A stretch of DNA of 64,000 nt from Rubritalea sp. (GCF_051252225.1 NZ_JBPOGE010000009.1:33709-97708); one strand, 5' to 3'. Shown: positions 19,393 through 28,751, numbered from the stretch's first letter. Notes: a model not told the origin generated them from the letters alone. Translations and numbers: made by a program.

Positions 19393-22300
19393 CACCTTCC
19401 CTGATGCAGGAAGTTTTCCTTCTCAAGCGTGATCAGGCAGTCGAAAAAGTGAATGCCGTGTTTGACGGAAAAACGAGAGAGTTATGTATTCGTACTCGAT
19501 ATCCGAAAGAGGTTGCCGGATTCATATCGGCCTGTCTTGCCCAGCGTGGTGAACTCGAAACGGGAGCCGGTCCACGCTGCTCATTCGTTAGTGATAAATC
19601 AACTTGGCACTCTCTTTGCTCACCTGAGAGTGTCACAAACCAGATCCTCATAGCCGATCCAGAACTCGACTTTGATTCTGCCCGCAGTGAGCTGCTGCCG
19701 CATGCTCGGCAACGTGGCCATGCTGTCATCTTCAGTCTTGCTAACCCTCGTCCAGATACTACGGAGGTGGTTACACTCAATGAGCCACAGCAGTTTGATG
19801 TTCTAGAGCTTCTAAAAAAGCATGAATATCCCGCAGGTAAGGCGGAGCAACTTGCCCAACAGAGCAATGGGAATATCCACATATTGACTCGGCTTTTAAC
19901 TGGAACCAATGACCGTCCGGAGTGGGCAAAGGGAGACTTAGGTTACCATTTGCGTTGTCTGGCGCTTTTAGGCGGTTGGAGCGATTCATCGGAACATGAC
20001 CGATCAGCTCTCACTGAAATCATCGGCGAGCATTATGAGATTTGGGTTCAGCGGGTCTATCCGCTCACCAGGAATGATGAACCACCAATCTTGTTGGATG
20101 GAAATTTGTTCCGACCTGTTTCCCGTTACGAGTCTTGGCAACAATTGGGTCATTTTCTGACCGACGGAGACCTTCGTCGGTTTCAAACAGCGTGTGAACA
20201 TCTGCTTGCGGATATTTCACCTGAACTCGAACTTCCAGCGGACGAACGTCATCTTGCAGGTTTCAAAACCAACCGAGAAACCCATTCAGCAGCGCTCCGC
20301 AAAGGTATCGCAGAATCTCTCGCCTTGCTAGGCGGACAAGGAAGTAAACTTTCCTGTAGTCCCAATCTCGCAAGGACAGTTGCTGACAATGTCGTATTTT
20401 CGTTATTCAAGGAGGCAGATTGGCAACGCTGGGCTAGTTTGGGTTCGATCATGCCACAATTGGCCGAAGCTGCTCCAACTGTATTTCTCGATGCCGTCGA
20501 CGAAGCTTTAAAAGATTTAGAATCGAGTCCTCTGAAGGAGCTATTCGCTATTTACGAGGGTTCGATTTTCGGGCGGAACTATCACTGCGGATTGCTATGG
20601 GCACTTGAAGTGCTTGCTTGGAATGCGGATCACTTGAGTCGTGTTTCCGTCGCACTAGCTAAGCTTTGTCAATTCGATCTGCCCCAGAATTCAGGAAATA
20701 ATCCAGCGGCAACATTGCGAAGCATGTTTTTGACATGGTTGCCGCAAACACTGGCTAGTGTGGATGCGCGTCGTGCCGCGGTGGAGCGAGTAATTCAAGA
20801 AAACGTAGAATGCGGTTGGGATCTTCTGCTTGGAGTCTTGCCGGATAGTCACCAAGTTGGAAGCCACAATCAAAAGCCGGCGTGGAGAGATTGGTTTCCC
20901 AGTGACTGGTCCGAAGGAACTACCCGTTCAGTAATGCATAAGCAGGTTCAAAACTATACGAACTTAGCAGTTAACATTGCAATGGGTGATCTTGATAAAC
21001 TCACCGAATTGATTTCTCGCTGGGATCACCTGCCTCGGGAGATTTTCCAGAAAGTGTTGGATCATTTGGAGACGCCGGAAGCTCTGAGACGTCCGAATGA
21101 GGAGCGCTTTAAACTGTGGGAGAAACTTACTGAACAAATCGATCGTCACCGCAAATATGCGGAATCCGACTGGGCGATGCCAGAGGAGGAAATCGTAAGA
21201 TTAGAGAAAGCTGCACTGGCTATCAAGCCGACTGATCCTGCAATAATTCATCAAAGGATCTTCAATTCGTATGCTCATGAATTCTATGTAACGGATAATT
21301 ACGCGGAGGAAGAAAAGGCACTCGCTAAGAGACGTGAAGATGCTGTGACTGAAGTGCTGGAGAAATATGACCCACAGCGAGTAATAGAATTGGCTAGAGT
21401 GGTAAATTTTCCTGTTGAAGTAGGTAGTGCCTTAGGACGAATCGGCACCGAGAATTTGGATCGATTTCTTCTGCCGAAATACCTACAGAACACCGACAAG
21501 CCTGTGGTGGAGCTCGTGCGTGGCTATTTATGGGCACGATACCAGAATGTTCCTGGAGATTGGGTCACAGGCTTAGATCTAAATACTTGGACTTTAAAGC
21601 AGAGAGGCTTATTCTTGTCGTATCTTCCTTTCACTGCTGATGTCTGGCGCTTAGCCGAGCTATTTCTCGGTGATAAGTTGTCAGAGTATTGGAGTCGGAT
21701 TTGGCCTAATGTTTTTCAGGTGAAGGGTAATTTTATTGAGGCAGCTGAAAAGTCTCTTGAAAATGATCGACCAGAAATCGCCATTGATTGCATAAACGCC
21801 CTCAAGCATGAGAATAAGGAGATTCCTACCGGCTTAGCGACTCGGGCAGTAAAACAGCTTTTGACCGATGAACGGGCTGTTGGAAACTTCGATCAACACC
21901 ACTTGCTCGAAGTTATTAAACATCTTCAATCTGCAAATGATGTGGATGCTGACGATATGACCTGGATAGAATTTCAATGCCTTAAGCTGCTAGATCGGTT
22001 CTCGGGCGGGAGTCCAGTGTTTTTGGAGCGCAATTTGGCAACGGAACCTCTATTTTTTCATGATGTCGTTAAAACTTGCTTTCGTTCGGAGAAAGATCGC
22101 GACAAGTCGCCGGAAGTGGACGAACAAACGAAGATTATGGCGGAACAGGCATACCGACTGTTACATAACTGGCACACTCCGCCAGGCACGACATTGGAGC
22201 AAACTATTGACGAACCCGCCTTTATTAAGTGGATTGAAAAATCTCGAGATCTTTGCGAAGAATCGGGACATTGGACAATAGCTCAGCAGATGATTGGGCA

Positions 22301-22607
22301 CAGTTTGAAATATTCTCCTGCTGGTTTAGAGGGTATATTGAAGTACCCAGCAGTGGCGAATTGCTTGGATGCCTCCGAACACGAGCATATGCGCAGAGGT
22401 TTAACTACAGAACTGTTCAACAGCCGCGGAGTCCATGGTTTTAGCGGTGGGAAAGCGGAGTTGGAGTTAGCTGAAAACTATCGCTCGCGTGCCGATCAGT
22501 ATGATTTGGCCAAATTTACGCGCATTGCAACGAGCCTTCGTGGTCTGGCTGAAGGTTTTGAACGCGATGCGGAGCGCGAAACTAAACGAGACCCATATAG
22601 AGACTGA
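19368..22607 (+). CDS. 1079-aa uncharacterised, largely helical protein overlapping the SIR2 ORF (putative sensor)
   Basis: Long open frame with a 25-nt overlap in the -1 frame. N-region has an alpha/beta NTPase-like pattern (strand ILIAD) without a canonical GxxxxGK[ST]. The remainder is Trp/Leu-rich helical repeat-like sequence. Confidence 0.75.
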   Translation: METPNATLTPSLMQEVFLLKRDQAVEKVNAVFDGKTRELCIRTRYPKEVAGFISACLAQRGELETGAGPRCSFVSDKSTWHSLCSPESVTNQILIADPELDFDSARSELLPHARQRGHAVIFSLANPRPDTTEVVTLNEPQQFDVLELLKKHEYPAGKAEQLAQQSNGNIHILTRLLTGTNDRPEWAKGDLGYHLRCLALLGGWSDSSEHDRSALTEIIGEHYEIWVQRVYPLTRNDEPPILLDGNLFRPVSRYESWQQLGHFLTDGDLRRFQTACEHLLADISPELELPADERHLAGFKTNRETHSAALRKGIAESLALLGGQGSKLSCSPNLARTVADNVVFSLFKEADWQRWASLGSIMPQLAEAAPTVFLDAVDEALKDLESSPLKELFAIYEGSIFGRNYHCGLLWALEVLAWNADHLSRVSVALAKLCQFDLPQNSGNNPAATLRSMFLTWLPQTLASVDARRAAVERVIQENVECGWDLLLGVLPDSHQVGSHNQKPAWRDWFPSDWSEGTTRSVMHKQVQNYTNLAVNIAMGDLDKLTELISRWDHLPREIFQKVLDHLETPEALRRPNEERFKLWEKLTEQIDRHRKYAESDWAMPEEEIVRLEKAALAIKPTDPAIIHQRIFNSYAHEFYVTDNYAEEEKALAKRREDAVTEVLEKYDPQRVIELARVVNFPVEVGSALGRIGTENLDRFLLPKYLQNTDKPVVELVRGYLWARYQNVPGDWVTGLDLNTWTLKQRGLFLSYLPFTADVWRLAELFLGDKLSEYWSRIWPNVFQVKGNFIEAAEKSLENDRPEIAIDCINALKHENKEIPTGLATRAVKQLLTDERAVGNFDQHHLLEVIKHLQSANDVDADDMTWIEFQCLKLLDRFSGGSPVFLERNLATEPLFFHDVVKTCFRSEKDRDKSPEVDEQTKIMAEQAYRLLHNWHTPPGTTLEQTIDEPAFIKWIEKSRDLCEESGHWTIAQQMIGHSLKYSPAGLEGILKYPAVANCLDASEHEHMRRGLTTELFNSRGVHGFSGGKAELELAENYRSRADQYDLAKFTRIATSLRGLAEGFERDAERETKRDPYRD

Positions 22608-22765
22608 TTCTGAATAAGATAGTCTTGCCGGAATTCGACGCCTCGAGGGCTTCGGTCCGTGAAATGCGCTGTTGGTTTCAGGAAATCGACGGTGGATGCG
22701 CACGTATAGGGGCCAGGCAATATTTCTTGCTAGAAAGCCAGTATGCAGTGAATTGTTCGTCCGTT

Positions 22766-22846
22766 GGTCAGGGCAAGGACGAGCGCAAGAAGTTCGATAT
22801 CCAGTTTAAAAAGGCGGAGTCCAATTTCAAGATCGCCATCGTGGTG
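22766..22846 (+). pseudogene. hsdR: Type I R-M restriction subunit (HsdR) fragment
   Basis: GKDERKKFDIQFKKAESNFKIAIVV resembles the HsdR segment that precedes DMWLTGFD. The rest of the gene is absent. Confidence 0.6.
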
Positions 22847-23083
22847 GGGATTGAAGTTTGAAATTAGACGTAAGAAATCAGGAAATTAGAACTGATACGA
22901 GTAAGTGGAAGCCTCAGGAAATTTCCGGTGCGGGTGGTGATGCTCGAGTGCCGAGGACGCTTGCCAATCAGCTAGATTGGTAGGTGCCAATCTAGAGGAG
23001 GCCAGAGTCGCGCGGAGAGCTTTAAGAAAAATAGGCGATATTAGGTGGAGTTTTGGCGTGTGTGCGATTAAGCCCCCTCCCCT

Positions 23084-23246
23084 CTACCATCCGCTGCTCT
23101 CGACTTGTCATTTTCCGACCAGGTTTTGGTCAAAGTCGTCGAAGAAGCGTGAGGGTGTTTGCATGTACTCGCCGGTGTCGTTTATTCGATTTATCGTCGG
23201 ATATGTGAGGTAGTAGAGCTCGCCCTTAGCCTGAGTGAGGGTGACT
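23084..23246 (-). repeat. Decayed direct-repeat copy of the 3' end of the second uvrD (26721-26880)
   Basis: 91 of the first 100 nt identical by manual alignment, including the TAG stop and VESSGW. The copy has a TGG>TGA nonsense change and a 3-nt insertion. Confidence 0.95.
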
Positions 23247-23506
23247 TAACCAAACCTAAGTAGGCGTTACCTTCTCTACTGGATTTGTATAATATAACTC
23301 ATCATTACCTCCAAAATATCATCATAATTCAAACTATAGTTTATATTTAACATATTAATGTAATTCATGGATACACGTAAAACGTTTCATATTGAATCGA
23401 GCTCAATATATTGACTTTCAGAAGATTACGAAACATCACCACCCAAGAAACGCACTCTTTTAAACCTATGTAATTAAGAGTGATATATATCTACCCCCAA
23501 GAATTA

Positions 23507-24235
23507 ATGTCTAAAACCGCACTATTTTCAGATATCCACGCGAACCTGAATGCTCTCGAAGCAGTCATTAACGATGCAAAAAGCCAAGGTGTACAAAATT
23601 TCGCATGCTTAGGAGATGTTGTAGGTTACGGCCCCAATCCTATTGACTGCATAGCAGCAGTACAGGCCATCGACTGTGTTTGCGTAAAAGGCAACCATGA
23701 TGAGGATGCATCAAATGATAGAGTGCTTGATAATTTAAATGACCAAGCTCGTGCTTCTCTAGAGTGGACAAGAAGCATGCTAAGTGAGTCACAAAAATCT
23801 TGGCTGGCAAACCTTCCATACAAAAGAAGACTGGGAAGAAACATGCTGGTACATGCGGCTCTAGAAAACCCTGGGGAATGGGAATATCTCCGAAACAGCT
23901 TCGACGCTGAAATAGCGATGCTCACGCAGCCAACGCCTATTTGCTTCTTCGGACACACGCATAAGCCGGTCACCTACACCCAAAAAGGGAAGAGTGTCTC
24001 CGTGCTAACCGAGCAGGAAATAGAGCTCCACCCTGATCAGAAATACCTTATTAATGTTGGGTCTGTCGGCCAACCAAGAGACGGAATTCCAGAGGCTAGC
24101 TATGTAGTCTTCGATCGTGAAAAAAGAACAATTAACTTCAGAAGGGTCAAATATGACATCCACTCTGTGGTCCAGCAAATAACAGAATCAGGCTTACCTC
24201 TCAGCTTAGGCGATCGCCTAATTTCTGCAGCATAA
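23507..24235 (+). CDS. Calcineurin-like metallophosphoesterase (PPP/YfcE-like)
   Basis: SDIHAN, LGDVVGYG, GNHD, HA, FGHTH, NVGSVGQPRD. Likely start MSKT at 23507. Confidence 0.9.
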   Translation: MSKTALFSDIHANLNALEAVINDAKSQGVQNFACLGDVVGYGPNPIDCIAAVQAIDCVCVKGNHDEDASNDRVLDNLNDQARASLEWTRSMLSESQKSWLANLPYKRRLGRNMLVHAALENPGEWEYLRNSFDAEIAMLTQPTPICFFGHTHKPVTYTQKGKSVSVLTEQEIELHPDQKYLINVGSVGQPRDGIPEASYVVFDREKRTINFRRVKYDIHSVVQQITESGLPLSLGDRLISAA

Positions 24236-24250
24236 TTTATCAATATCATC

Positions 24251-24541
24251 ATGTCTAATTTAACCCATTTTCAAGTTCAGCGCGGATCAGTCGTAAGCGA
24301 TTGCATGCCAGAAACATATGAATTCATCAGTCAAAACCTTGACTATTTTTATAGTGCTCTCCAGCCACTCAAGAATGCTTTAGCAGAAGACGGCCCTATC
24401 ACATTCATCTCACACGAATCTCAATGGTCTTTCGCTGTATCTGTAGAGAAATCTGAATTAGGGAGAGTCGCTTCTGGTAGCGGTGTCATCTCTGAGGGTG
24501 GTGCATGTCCATATGACGATCTCAGTGAGGCTATTTCCTAA
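24251..24541 (+). CDS. Hypothetical 96-aa protein, possibly Roadblock/profilin-like
   Basis: In-operon ORF. A beta-hairpin/helix/three-strand pattern is suggested by eye only. Confidence 0.5.
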   Translation: MSNLTHFQVQRGSVVSDCMPETYEFISQNLDYFYSALQPLKNALAEDGPITFISHESQWSFAVSVEKSELGRVASGSGVISEGGACPYDDLSEAIS

Positions 24542-24573
24542 GTACTTGATTCAACACACAAACACTAAATCAT

Positions 24574-25227
24574 ATGTATCAGGAACTCATCGAGCTGCTC
24601 TATGAAAATGAAGCCGTTGAAGCCGTGGCTCTTTTCACCGATCAAGGCCATTTAATAGAAAACCAGCTCGCTATTAGCGAAAGTACGATCACTCAAGTCT
24701 GTGCATCCTTAGTAACCATCAAAAATGGTTTGGCTGGATCCAACAGAGAGATGAAAGGTTTTCTCGTTAAAACCCAGAAATACACCCTGCAAGCGTACGT
24801 GCACAGTGACTTACTTATCCTACTCCAAGTAAGCTCGAATTTCTCCATTAATAAAACGTACCATAATATTCAGTCGCAACTTGGTCAAAAAACTTATTCA
24901 CCCGCTAGTGGTGATGCCCAAGCCGTCTCTAGCAATACTCAGACCGAAGTCGCGCAGAGTGAGCAAGCTGAATACTCCGTGGAATGGGATGATTTTAGAC
25001 AGAAGCTAGCCACACTGATCAAACGCATAGCCCCAAGTGGTGTAGCTAATAAAATGATCGATACTTCAATGAAAGAAGCTGGTTACGCAGATTCCCCCAT
25101 TAGCCTGCCTTTTGAAAATGCAGTCGCTATCGGTCAGTCTGTAGTCGCAAAAATACCTAATGCGAGTCGAAGGAAACTTATTGATCAAGAATTTCAAGTC
25201 TTAGCAGAACAATTTGCGCAGCAATAG
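24574..25227 (+). CDS. Roadblock/LC7 (MglB-like) domain protein with C-terminal helical domain
   Basis: Helix-VEAVALFTDQGHLI-helix-strands pattern in the first ~100 aa, polar linker, helical C-domain. Confidence 0.6.
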   Translation: MYQELIELLYENEAVEAVALFTDQGHLIENQLAISESTITQVCASLVTIKNGLAGSNREMKGFLVKTQKYTLQAYVHSDLLILLQVSSNFSINKTYHNIQSQLGQKTYSPASGDAQAVSSNTQTEVAQSEQAEYSVEWDDFRQKLATLIKRIAPSGVANKMIDTSMKEAGYADSPISLPFENAVAIGQSVVAKIPNASRRKLIDQEFQVLAEQFAQQ

Positions 25228-25272
25228 CCTTTCACCTCACAACATTCAATTTCGATTCTACTCTCTACTCTA

Positions 25273-26586
25273 ATGAAAAAACAGACACTACTTACCACCC
25301 TATTACTTTGGTGCTTATTTTACTCTTCAGCTTACTCACAAGAAGTGGGGGCTGCTGCCCTCGATAAATCCGATAATGTGTTCATTCTTATATGCGCAGC
25401 TATGGTATTCCTAATGCAGGCTGGATTCTGCCTGCTAGAGATGGGTTTCTCTCGCGCTAAAAATGCCATCAACATTGTCATGAAAAATGCCTGTGACATG
25501 TCTGTGGGCTCTATAGGGTTTTTCCTCGTAGGTTTCAGTCTCATGTTTGGCTGGTCACAGGGTGGCATTGTTGGCCTAGGAAATTTTGGGTTTAGCTCTG
25601 ACTTTCTAGGATCAAATGCCATTTGGATTTTCTTCTTATTCCAAGTGATGTTCGCAGCAACGACTGTAACCATTTCCTCCGGCGCAATGGCTGAACGCAC
25701 CTATTTCCCAGGTTACCTTGTTTATGCAGCGATTGCCTGTACCTTCATTTATCCTATACTTGGTCATTGGGTTTGGGGTGGCGCTAGTACTCCTTTCGGC
25801 TTTGGTGGCGGAAAAGGATGGCTCAGCGCATTGGGCTTTCATGACTTTGCAGGATCCACAGTGGTTCACGCAGTAGGTGGCGCATTCGCACTTGCGGGCA
25901 TCATCGTTATTGGGCCACGTCGTGGACGTTTCTTAGACGACGGCAGTGAAAAGATTTTCGCTGGGCACAATATCCCACTTGGCTCATTAGGCATGTTCTT
26001 GCTCTTCTTTGGCTGGTTTGGATTCAACTGTGGGTCAAATTTATCTGCTGGCGCAGAAATAGGAAGAATAGGCGTGAACACACTTCTGGCAGGAAGCGGC
26101 GGCTTAGTAGCTGGCTTGGTATTTCATTGGATATTCAAAGGCTGGGCTGACCCTGAATCTGCCATTAACGGTGCTTTAGGTGGCTTAGTAGGCATCACTG
26201 CTTGTTGTGACGTAGTAGCTCCATGGGCATCTATTCTGATCGGTCTCATCAGTGGTTTTATCACCGTGATTGGCGGCAAGTACCTCCTACGTGCTAAACT
26301 AGATGACGCTGTGGGAGCTATACCTGTTCACCTGTTTTGTGGAATATTTGGCACACTTTGTGTCAGTATTTTCAATGAATCAGCCCCTTTCTCAAACTTC
26401 GGGATCCAAGCTTTAGGAGCTTTTGTAGTCCCAGTTAGTGCTTTTGCATTCAGTTGGTTTGTCTTCTATCTCATCAATAAAACGATCGGTCTACGAGCTT
26501 CAGATGAAGCGCAAGAACAGGGTCTAGACTTTGCTGAGCACTCTGCAACAGCTTACCCAGACTTTGCATCTAATGATGATGAATAG
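25273..26586 (+). CDS. amt: Ammonium transporter (Amt family)
   Basis: FLMQAGF..LE.G..R.KN, FQVMFA, HWVW, DFAGSTVVH, GWFGFN, DDAVGA.PVH. Twin His and Phe gate present. Confidence 0.96.
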   Translation: MKKQTLLTTLLLWCLFYSSAYSQEVGAAALDKSDNVFILICAAMVFLMQAGFCLLEMGFSRAKNAINIVMKNACDMSVGSIGFFLVGFSLMFGWSQGGIVGLGNFGFSSDFLGSNAIWIFFLFQVMFAATTVTISSGAMAERTYFPGYLVYAAIACTFIYPILGHWVWGGASTPFGFGGGKGWLSALGFHDFAGSTVVHAVGGAFALAGIIVIGPRRGRFLDDGSEKIFAGHNIPLGSLGMFLLFFGWFGFNCGSNLSAGAEIGRIGVNTLLAGSGGLVAGLVFHWIFKGWADPESAINGALGGLVGITACCDVVAPWASILIGLISGFITVIGGKYLLRAKLDDAVGAIPVHLFCGIFGTLCVSIFNESAPFSNFGIQALGAFVVPVSAFAFSWFVFYLINKTIGLRASDEAQEQGLDFAEHSATAYPDFASNDDE

Positions 26587-26720
26587 TAGTTCACGATGAC
26601 CGCGAACTACTCTATCACAGATATTCTATTCGTTCTTATTGAGTTTTACTTACAGCATCTACCAAGCATTAAATCTATTTGTACGTTGCTGAATAGGCTG
26701 TGGTAACTCTATCAAGAAAT

Positions 26721-28745
26721 CTACCAACCGCTGCTCTCGACTTGCCATTCTTCGACCAGGTTTTGGTCGAAGTCGTCGAAGAAGCGTGAGGGCGTCTGCA
26801 TGTACTCGCCGGTGTAGCTTCTAGGGTTAGTCGTCGGGTATGTGAGGTAGAGCTCGTCCTTCGCGCGAGTGAGGGCGACGTAGAATAAACGGCGTTCTTC
26901 CTCTAACTGCACATTATCGTCAGTTTCAAGTATTCGCTTGTTTGGGAACATACCATCGGCGAGCCAGACGAGGAAAACGACTTTCCACTCGAGCCCTTTG
27001 GCTTGGTGGATCGAGCTGAGAGTGACCGCGTCTTCGTTCTTTTCCTCTTTCTTAGATTTCGGGTCACCATCGGCAGTGCTCATGAGGGAGAGCTGAGCGA
27101 GGAACTCATTTATATCAGTGTAGCCCTGCGCGTACTGCATGAGCTGCTGGACGTCTTGCTTACGCTGCTCGTAGTTATCGAAGCTCTCGCGCATGTAGTC
27201 ATCGTAAACCCCTTCGGTGATACTGAGGATCATTTCTGAGGGCGCTTGGTAGCCATCGCGGGTGACGAGTTCATCGAGCGTGTAACAAAGCTGTTCCCAG
27301 TGTGCTGCCGCCTTTTTAGGAACTTTGAAGTCACTGAGGTATTCAGAAAATGCGAGTGGTGGGTCTTCGTGCTGGCTGACCGGGCATGCGAGCCAAGCCT
27401 TCCAGAGGTTGTCCGCACTCTTGGGGCCGATCCCTGGCAGCATCCCGGCCATACGCTTGAAAGAAATCTCGTCTTTCCGATTCACTGCGAAACGGATGAA
27501 CGCGGAAACGTCTTTGATGTGTGCTTGCTCAAAGAAGCGGAGCCCGGAAGTGATCTGAAATGGAATGTCGCGTGAGGTCAGCTCCATTTGGATTTCCATG
27601 CTCTGGTAGTGTGCACGGTAGAGTACGGCGATCTCGCTTGGTTCCATTCCCTCGCTCACGAGGTCTTGAATCCGCTGTGTGACAAAGTCTGCCTGAGCTC
27701 GTGGGTCACTGAGTGGAATCACGGCGGGCACCATGCTGCCTTTTCCGCGGGAAGCGCGCAGCTCCTTAGGGATCTGGCTTTCGTTGGCTTTGATAGCCGC
27801 ATTTGAGAGTTCTAAGATCTCTGGGCAGCTGCGGTAGTTGGTCTCGATCTTGTAGACCTTGGCATCTGGGTAGCGCGTGTGGAAGCTGAGGATATTATTC
27901 ATATCCGCACCACGCCACGAGTAGATCGACTGCGCATCGTCCCCCACTACCATTAGGCTATTTTTAGGTCCAACAAGGATGTCAATGAGTTCACACTGGA
28001 TGCTGTTAGTGTCCTGGTACTCGTCTACTAACACATAGCGGAACTTGCGCTGATAGAGCTCGCGCAGGTCTTCGTCTTTCTTGAGCAGCTTGAGCGCCAA
28101 TATCAAGAGATCGTCGAAGTCCATGCAATTGGTATCGAGCTTCTTCTTCACGTAGGCACGTTTGAGTTGCTTGATCTCCTGTTCCCATTCTTTGAAGTAG
28201 GAATAGGATTCTTGGATGATCTCCTCCACTGAGTTCTTCGTGTTCTCTGAGAGACTGAAAATAGAGAGCAGAACGTCAGGCTTAGGGAAGCGGCGGTTCT
28301 TGGTGTCTATCTTTGCCTCAGCGATGAGCGCCCTGAGAATCGATTTTTGATCGTCGGTGTCGAGGATGGAAAAGTTGCGCGTGAAACCTAGTTCATCAGC
28401 GTGTCGGCGCAGCATGCGATTACAGATCGAGTGGAAAGTGCCACCCCACAGCTCACTGGTGTCGTGAGGGATGAGATCGGTCACTCGCTCGAGCATCTCG
28501 CGGGACGCCTTGTTGGTGAAAGTGAGAAGTAGGATGTTTTTAGCGGCGACTTCTTTATCTAGCAGAAAGGCCACGCGGTAGGTTAAGGCGCGTGTTTTCC
28601 CACTACCAGCACCAGCGATCACTAATGCGTGGCCAGGAGGTGAAGTGACGGCAGCATATTGCTGGTCATTGAGCTCTGCTCGGTAATCGATACCTGAGCT
28701 CGTTCCTTCGCTCTGCCTAGAGTTGAGTTTGTATTCGCGCGCCAT
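26721..28745 (-). CDS. uvrD: UvrD/PcrA superfamily-1 DNA helicase (copy 2)
   Basis: AGAGSGKT, VDEYQDTN, GDDAQSIYSWRGA, SIHQAKGLEW, EERRLFYVALTRA. Confidence 0.95.
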   Translation of the reverse strand: MAREYKLNSRQSEGTSSGIDYRAELNDQQYAAVTSPPGHALVIAGAGSGKTRALTYRVAFLLDKEVAAKNILLLTFTNKASREMLERVTDLIPHDTSELWGGTFHSICNRMLRRHADELGFTRNFSILDTDDQKSILRALIAEAKIDTKNRRFPKPDVLLSIFSLSENTKNSVEEIIQESYSYFKEWEQEIKQLKRAYVKKKLDTNCMDFDDLLILALKLLKKDEDLRELYQRKFRYVLVDEYQDTNSIQCELIDILVGPKNSLMVVGDDAQSIYSWRGADMNNILSFHTRYPDAKVYKIETNYRSCPEILELSNAAIKANESQIPKELRASRGKGSMVPAVIPLSDPRAQADFVTQRIQDLVSEGMEPSEIAVLYRAHYQSMEIQMELTSRDIPFQITSGLRFFEQAHIKDVSAFIRFAVNRKDEISFKRMAGMLPGIGPKSADNLWKAWLACPVSQHEDPPLAFSEYLSDFKVPKKAAAHWEQLCYTLDELVTRDGYQAPSEMILSITEGVYDDYMRESFDNYEQRKQDVQQLMQYAQGYTDINEFLAQLSLMSTADGDPKSKKEEKNEDAVTLSSIHQAKGLEWKVVFLVWLADGMFPNKRILETDDNVQLEEERRLFYVALTRAKDELYLTYPTTNPRSYTGEYMQTPSRFFDDFDQNLVEEWQVESSGW

Positions 28746-28751
28746 CTGCTC

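Noticed and set aside
22625-23213. Two 78-aa ORFs (22625-22861, 22977-23213) as novel small defence genes
   Set aside because: The first is explained by the hsdR fragment, and the second runs antisense over the uvrD 3' duplicate.
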